A stretch of DNA of 64,000 bases, taken from assembly GCA_044892505.1 (NCBI GenBank), contig CM097883.1:415958001-416022000 (forward strand), written 5' to 3'. The notes below the pieces were generated by a model. It did no database searches. It was not told the origin of the DNA and worked only from the letters and a program-made list of their open reading frames with translations. Source of the DNA: Schmidtea nova (lineage: Eukaryota). Positions 31,699-64,000 of this stretch are shown piece after piece (positions within the stretch are counted from its first letter, which is position 1; every line of letters begins with the position of its first letter). The position numbers and the translations under genes are program-made.

Positions 31699-33260
31699 AT
31701 GAATGGCAATTGCACCGCCCATGTTGTGGTGCACAGGCCATATCATATACGATGTCCGAGTAACTTAGGAAACGACCTAAATAAGGCGTTATCTTATCGC
31801 CGAGGAGAAGATACAACAGCCGAATTCTTTAGGAAAGTTGAAAGATTAGCAAAAAATATTTTACATCACAAACTTCAAGAAGATTTGAAAATTTTCCTGG
31901 TTCAAAATGCATTAGACGATCAAGAATTAAAGAAAGATTTAAAGATGCAAGGTTTGTCTACATTCGAAGAAATCAAAGTAAGAATAACGAGAAACGATGA
32001 GGCCAAGAAAGAAATCGAAGCAGAAAGTGTAGACGTAATACAAAAGAAGAACACATATGCAAATGTAGCCAATATAACATCTGGTCAATCATGGCAGCGA
32101 AATAAGGGTAATCGTCTCGATTCAAAAATGAAATACAGAGACGGTACAAGGCAAAAATCCGAATTTCAAAAAAGGTGGCATCAGTCAGATCAAGATAAAT
32201 ATAGAAAACAAGAATATAAACCCCTATTCAACAATTATAGAACATTCAATAACCGACAACAAAGAAGCTACAACAGTTATTATAACCAAAATAGAGATAA
32301 CTACAGAAATTCAAGAACAGATGCTAGACCCAGGAAGTGTTGGGCATGTAGAGAAGAAGGACACAGAAGATTCGAATGTCCGAATGTACAATGCAGTCAT
32401 TACCACAAAAGAGGCCATTTCAAGTACCAGTGCTATGATGTGTCAACAGAGAACTGATTCCAGAAAAATAGACACGTTGCGATAATCGGAGAGGACTACG
32501 AACGATCAATAAAAGAGGATGACCCAAACGGATATGCTCCATCACAAGGAGAGGTGGTTGGAGCAATAAATTAAATGTAAGTAATATTTTGAGCAATGTA
32601 TGTATGAAATTGAATGATTGTGAATGATATTGATTTTAATGAATGTAATATAATTGTAGATAATTTGNNNNNNNNNNNNNNNNNNNNNNNNNNNNNNNNN
32701 NNNNNNNNNNNNNNNNNNNNNNNNNNNNNNNNNNNNNNNNNNNNNNNNNNNNNNNNNNNNNNNNNNNNNNNNNNNNNNNNNNNNNNNNNNNNNNNNNNNN
32801 NNNNNNNNNNNNNNNNNNNNNNNNNNNNNNNNNNNNNNNNNNNNNNNNNNNNNGTATCACGCCTAAAGGACAATAAACAAACTAATAGAATAGGTACTGA
32901 AATTTGTGTTATTAAAGACTTCAATAGGTCAAATATAACGTATAATTATATGGCTGGTAGGTCCAGTGAGGAAGTAGAAATTAATAATAATATAATCAAG
33001 TGTATGTTAGATACTGGTGCAAAGATAAGTGTGATTGAATATGAAATAATAAAAAACATTAGAGAAATTAAAATAGACAAAAGTGATATAGAAGTGACAT
33101 TAACAAATGGGAGCCCGATTAAGGTTATTGGAAAAGCAATGATAAAAGTAAATCTAGAGAACTCTTCTAAAATAATAGATTTTTACGTAACAAATGGAGT
33201 AATACCAAAAATGATAGGCGCAATCAACTTTTTAAATAATTTCGAGATATTTTACCTAAC
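31699..33260 (+). mobile_element. Third Gypsy-type element fragment: gag (zinc knuckles) and protease, spanning an N gap
   Basis: CWACREEGHRRFEC knuckle plus a degenerate second knuckle; IKCMLDTGAKISVI protease. Confidence 0.8.
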
Positions 33261-33929
33261 TCCAATCTTGAAATACAAATGTTTCCCTATACAAATGACC
33301 CAACAACCTGATATCCCCGATGTCTGCCGATACATCCAACTACCAACTTCCAACAAATAAGAATACTACTACTCCACAACTCACAAAAATTCCAATAATA
33401 TTAATACTAATGACTCCTGATGATTCATGAAGTTTGCTAAACGTCTCCTGATGACTCCTAATATCTAGCAATCTCAACTCAATATAGAGAACTTATCGAA
33501 AATAGCCATTTTTCCCCGAGTAGGGGATCAAAGGAAGAAAATATTATAAAACAGAAGAAATAAAGCCTGCACTACTGTGGCCAAGCTTGTCCGAGAGGAC
33601 TGGATCTGAATCTTCGGAGCAGAATTTTTTTCTTTTGAAAAATTTTGAGAGTTATCTACAAGGATAATTCGCATATTGAGAAAAAACTTCTAAGATTGTC
33701 GATCATACAGGAACAGATGGAACTAAAAAACTGACGGCCCAGACGAATCAAACAGAGACTAGAACAACAATGATTAGCGATTATTTTGGTTTATACACTG
33801 AAAACAAGCACGGGCAATAAAGTTTTTAAATGATGCAAAAAACCCATGGCCTATTCATTATATTCACTAATAATCTTTTTCTTAAAATTTTCTTAAATTC
33901 ATTTTTAATTTAAAAAAAAGTAATTCTTC

Positions 33930-34545
33930 TATAAATTTAAAGGACTTCATTGAGGATAGCGTTCGTTTCATTTTTAAATAAAATTTCAGATGTTAATGTC
34001 AGACACTAAATTGATATTTTATTTTCGATTTGCNNNNNNNNNNNNNNNNNNNNNNNNNNNNNNNNNNNNNNNNNNNNNNNNNNNNNNNNNNNNNNNNNNN
34101 NNNNNNNNNNNNNNNNNNNNNNNNNNNNNNNNNNNNNNNNNNNNNNNNNNNNNNNNNNNNNNNNNNNNNNNNNNNNNNNNNNNNNNNNNNNATTGTAATT
34201 ATTTATTATAATAACTATTATTATTATCAATAATTCCCATAATGGTAAGACTAGATCAAAATTTCTTTAAATAAGTACACAATATTTCGGCACAGCCTTT
34301 ATCAAGTGTGTATTATGATAGTATAATAATAATAATTATTATAATATAATAATAACTATTATTACTGTTATTATTATTAATAATATTATTATTATTATTA
34401 GTATAATAATAATATTGATATTTTATTTACAATAAGTAATGGCAAATCGAAAATAAAATATCAATTTAATTGTCTGACATTAACATCTAAAATTTCATTC
34501 AAAAACAAAACGATCGCTTTTCTTAATGCAGTCCAATTTAAATAT
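33930..34545. repeat. Inverted-repeat MITE-like element containing a gap and one arm of another MITE
   Basis: GATGTTAATGTCAGACACTAAATTGATATTTTATTTTCGATTTGC (~33989) is inverted relative to ~34441-34488, and the match extends outward. Confidence 0.5.
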
Positions 34546-35411
34546 ATATGTTTTCAAACTATATCCACGCAACGTTAACACAAATTTAATTTGAAAAGCG
34601 AAAATTACAAAATACAAATGAATAGTTAAACCTAAAATTAATATGTAATATCCACACTAATATGAACGGTAGACACAAAAAATTTAAACTATTAATAATA
34701 ACGCATTTTATAATTTGCGAAAATTCACTATTTGTCCACAACAATTAAAATAAAAGGTATTTCTGTTGATAACTTTGAAATTATAGTACTTTTCACTAAT
34801 ATAACAATTTGAAGCAAAAAAATAACTGAATTGTTAGGTATATTTGTTTCAAATTAAATCGTAGCCAACTAGATTTGTATGAAAGTTAAACGAATTTTGA
34901 ATTTTCATCTTTGCTTTCTTTTAATTCTTGGTATTTATTTGTTATTGGAGAAGTTTTTCTAATGTATTTAATATATGGGGCCCCTTAACAATAGGCGGCC
35001 CAGTGCGATTGCACTTGCAATAGTACGGCTCTAAGTGGACAACTGTCAAAGATACTTACTCTTGAGTTAACTCGATTAATTTATATTTGTTTTCGACATT
35101 ACTGCTTTGCCGCAATTATCTTAGCATTAATTTATGTTACCAAGCTGTGACAAGGATCTAGAATTATTTTAAAATTTATATTAACACTTGAAAAAGGCAG
35201 TACTAAAAAATTATGTTGAATCGAAAAAAACATTTTTTATTTAATGTCTAAAAAATGAAAAAAACGAAATTGTAAAAAGATTTTAAGAAGATAATGGAAA
35301 GATAAAGATAGTAAAAATTGTGGAGGGTTAGGGTGCAAATAAATCAAGTAAAAATCACAGAAAATATATTAAATCACATTTAAAAACTATTTAGAGTATT
35401 TTCTTTTCAAT

Positions 35412-60678
<25,267 letters not shown>

Positions 60679-62857
60679 CTAAGTTTTGAAATATTCCACC
60701 AAATATATCACTAGCAACGTAATATTAAAACAGTAAAATTTTTAAGTATTTCACAATTAGACAAAATAAGTTTGTAAAAAATGAAAATGAAATATTGAAT
60801 TGCAGTTTAAAAATTTATTTGTTTTATGATAGGAAAATATTATTTAACTATTTATTTGGAAAATAGAATCAATATTTCAAAATTTGTTATTTTTGATTTT
60901 AAAATTAATTTAAAGATAATTTGTAATTACGCTGAAAATAAAACATATATTGTATATTACATTTGAAAAAAATTATCAAAATTTTGGCATGATACTGCAT
61001 GCATTGTTGTGATTGCTATATTGAGCTGGTAGAAGTAGAATTTATGATTGTTTTAATGTGGTGGGTTATTGGCATAACGCGAAAACTACTTATCAATAAC
61101 CTCACATATAAACATTGAATAACCATATTGTTACTCGTTATATTGTAAAGTTGGTTCTGTAACAAATGGGAGGACATATGCAAAAAGTGAGCGTTGACTA
61201 TTTCAGAACTATAATTGATCTAATGTCTCAGATGGGTTCAAAGGAGACCGATAGAAGGTATTTTGTCCATTTTCTTATCTTCCTTTTTTCGACTATCTGC
61301 TTTCTGCTACTATCACACTTTTTTTACTAAGTTTGCAGGTGTTGGGCCAAAACTGTAAATTGTTTAAATAAAGCAGTAACACCACAAGTAGAGAGTGCGC
61401 AAGATTCTATTTTAACCAAAACATCAAGTAAAGCCGAAGTAGTTATGAGAAAACACACCTAAATATTAAAGCGGGCAAAGCGTACTAACAAGTAGAGAAC
61501 GCGCGAAGTTCTAATCTACAGGCCCATAAACCAAAACATCAAGTAAAACAAAAATTGGTTAAAAGAAGAACGTTTAAATAGCTAGAATAGGCGGAAAACA
61601 CATTGAATATGCTCCTAGAGAACGCATTCACATCATAAAACCTCAGTTGTGGAAATTTAGCATGTTTTTAGAAGGAAGATCACAATTTCATATTGAAAAT
61701 GCATAAAAATATAAAAGAAAGTAATTTTGATCGAAAATGCAACAAATTAAATCAAATTAGAATAAACTTTAATTCAAAAGTAAAATTTTGGATTAAAAAG
61801 AAATTATTTAAAGTTTTATGAAAATTTGATGTAAAATTATTTAATTTTACGGAAAATTGTTGGCATTAATTTCGAGAAAATTAGAAACTCCTTCTAGAAC
61901 GATTTGTTTTAATACCTCAATGGAAAGAAAAATGCAGAAAATTTGTTTAAAAACCGCCATCAAAATGGAGAATTTTTAATGCTATTTTGCAAAAGATTTG
62001 CGGAGGAATTTTGTTGCTAAAAATTTTGAGGTTTTAGCAGGGAAATTTTAACGGAGAATCTCTTACTATTATACCAGTGTGACTCTACCAGAATATTACG
62101 TAAGAAGATTATTTGTGGTCGTGAATCGAATTATTCGTAAGAAACTTGATTTTGTTTCCTAATTATAAAGGCCCGCGAGATCATGCCCACACTACCCGGC
62201 CTAGGTATTTTTCTTTTTAACCTTATTCTATGAATTACAGAATTATTACAGAATTTTATCCAAAAATACAGGCAAAACCATGCAGAAATATTTGAATGAA
62301 TAAATAAATATAAAGAAAATTGAAATTGAGTTGGGAATTTCCAGTAAAATGCAACTCAAATCTTTGGAAGAAAACTTGGTGTAGAAGCAATTTAGTAGCG
62401 AATGATGTTCTGGAAAGATAAGGATCGATAATTGAATGAACCTTGAATAGAGAAAAAATCTTGTGCGTAAGAAATTCTAGCAACAGGCAGGAACCCGAAA
62501 AGAGAATACGATAAGTAGTAGTTTTGGTAACAAAGCACACTTGCTCATTGGTTTTCGTGTCATTGTATATAATACCAACTTAATAGCTTGAGAGTGATTA
62601 TGGCTATACAAGTGAGGACAGTTGCAATTTATAGACATGCCTAGGCCAAAGTAACTTTAACAACATAAAAAAATATCAAACAATCATTACATGAACATCC
62701 ATATTTTGTTTTGTTTGATATTTATTCAACAAATAATATTGATAATTGGATATCTAATCATAGAAAACTTATACAGAAAAGCCGAATTACAAAGTCGGCG
62801 ATCATGTGAGAATCAGTAAAATCCACAATTCTACATAAAGTTGTGTCAGCTATGTTT

Positions 62858-63000
62858 TATATTTACCTGGCACCAAGAGCAATTTTTTTGTCTACTGCAT
62901 AGCGCTACTGAGAGTCAAAAACCGGAAACTTGTCTGCTATTAAGGTTTTGCACTGGATATCACAAAGCTTTACCTTTTATTATTGGTTTAAAAACAAATA
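62858..63000 (+). ncRNA. Hammerhead-containing repeat, copy 3 (degenerate)
   Basis: TTTACCTGG..GCATAGCG-CTACTGA-GAGT-caaaa-ACCG-GAAA-CTTG-TC-TGCTAT; same flanks as copies 1 and 2. Confidence 0.5.
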
Positions 63001-64000
63001 TACATCTAACAAATATTTTTCAAAATTTATTTTAGATAAAATAATTAACGATACCGCGGATAAACTTTTGAAAAAATTAATCCAAAAAATTAATCCAAAA
63101 TGAAGAGGAAAAAATGAACAAAACAAAAATGTCAATAAGATTATTTCTTTATATAAAGTTTTATTCTTTACTTTAATAAATTTTATTTTTATCAAAATTT
63201 TAAATTTTACATAAATTTTAACTACTTTAATTTAATTTTAATTTAACAATTTTCTTTCACATTTTTATATTTATACTATCAATATTAAGATAATTAATTA
63301 TAGAATGTTTTGAATTTTTATATTTACTTTATTTTTTTGTCAATTTGTTTTGTTTGCATTTTTTCATGGTTACTTCTTGCTCTTGTTTAACTTAAATTTT
63401 ACTTTTGTTTTAATTAATTTTTTATGTGTTTATAATTATTTTTTTATTTTGTGTTTGCTCAAATTTTGAGTACACTTCTTGCACGATCTCCACATGCTAA
63501 GTCCAAGTTCACTTCCAAATTAACGGGGTCTAGTTTTTGCCCAACATGTGTTAGGGATATTTAAGTAACTAATTTATAAATAACATATATTGTATGATTA
63601 GCAATCAATATTATTATTTAGTAAAAGTATTATAAGTATAAAGGTTGGCACGCATAATTATCATTATTATTTAATTGATTAATTCGCCATTTTATATCGT
63701 TGTTCGAATAAGACAAATTATTACACAATCGGTTTCATTTGAATGTATTTAAATAGCAATTAACCTTCAATTATTAACAATATGCATTATGCTTTGATGG
63801 GTATCCTGTGGCTCGCGAGCCTCAAGTGGCTCTTATAATCATAATCTGTGGCGCTTTGTATTTTATTTTGATACACTATTCATTTTACGATAATGTGAAC
63901 TTATCACAATTAATATTGAAAAATTAAAAATTTTAATTTTAATAATGATAATTTAATAATATTGATTTTAATAATAATTTTTGTTTTAAAATTAAAAAAT

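Overview
AT-rich animal genomic DNA with assembly gaps. It is a ciliated invertebrate with ~50-nt minimal introns, and a flatworm/planarian-like host is my inference. Bases 1-~20250 hold a degenerate giant Ty3/Gypsy-type retroelement whose whole internal region lies in the window, from a tRNA-Pro PBS (1008-1025) to a PPT-like tract (15884-15893). The internal region carries an IAP-type RING ORF, then what looks like one ancestral ~12.7-kb polyprotein: Gag (CCHC knuckles), three ubiquitin-like domains, a Bcl-2-like domain, a chuvirus/gB-type class III fusion glycoprotein, protease-RT-RNase H, an unknown domain and a membrane protein with four FN3-like repeats. No integrase is recognisable. After the PPT comes a probable multi-kb 3' LTR carrying a TRAF gene (RING, zinc fingers, MATH; split by a mini-Polinton with a 6-bp TSD) and two coiled-coil ORFs, each preceded by TAG|AAATG. 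The rest of the window holds a CsRn1-like Gypsy element bracketed by ~890-bp inverted repeats inside an OXA1L intron, the first five exons of OXA1L, an intronless degenerate NAE1-like copy, a third Gypsy gag-protease fragment, and a ~25-kb RSPH10B-like gene. In and around that gene lie MITEs, a second mini-Polinton, hAT and Gypsy remnants, a Rab3 retrocopy and three copies of a repeat with a minimal hammerhead ribozyme. All domain calls come from motif recognition by eye, not from database searches.
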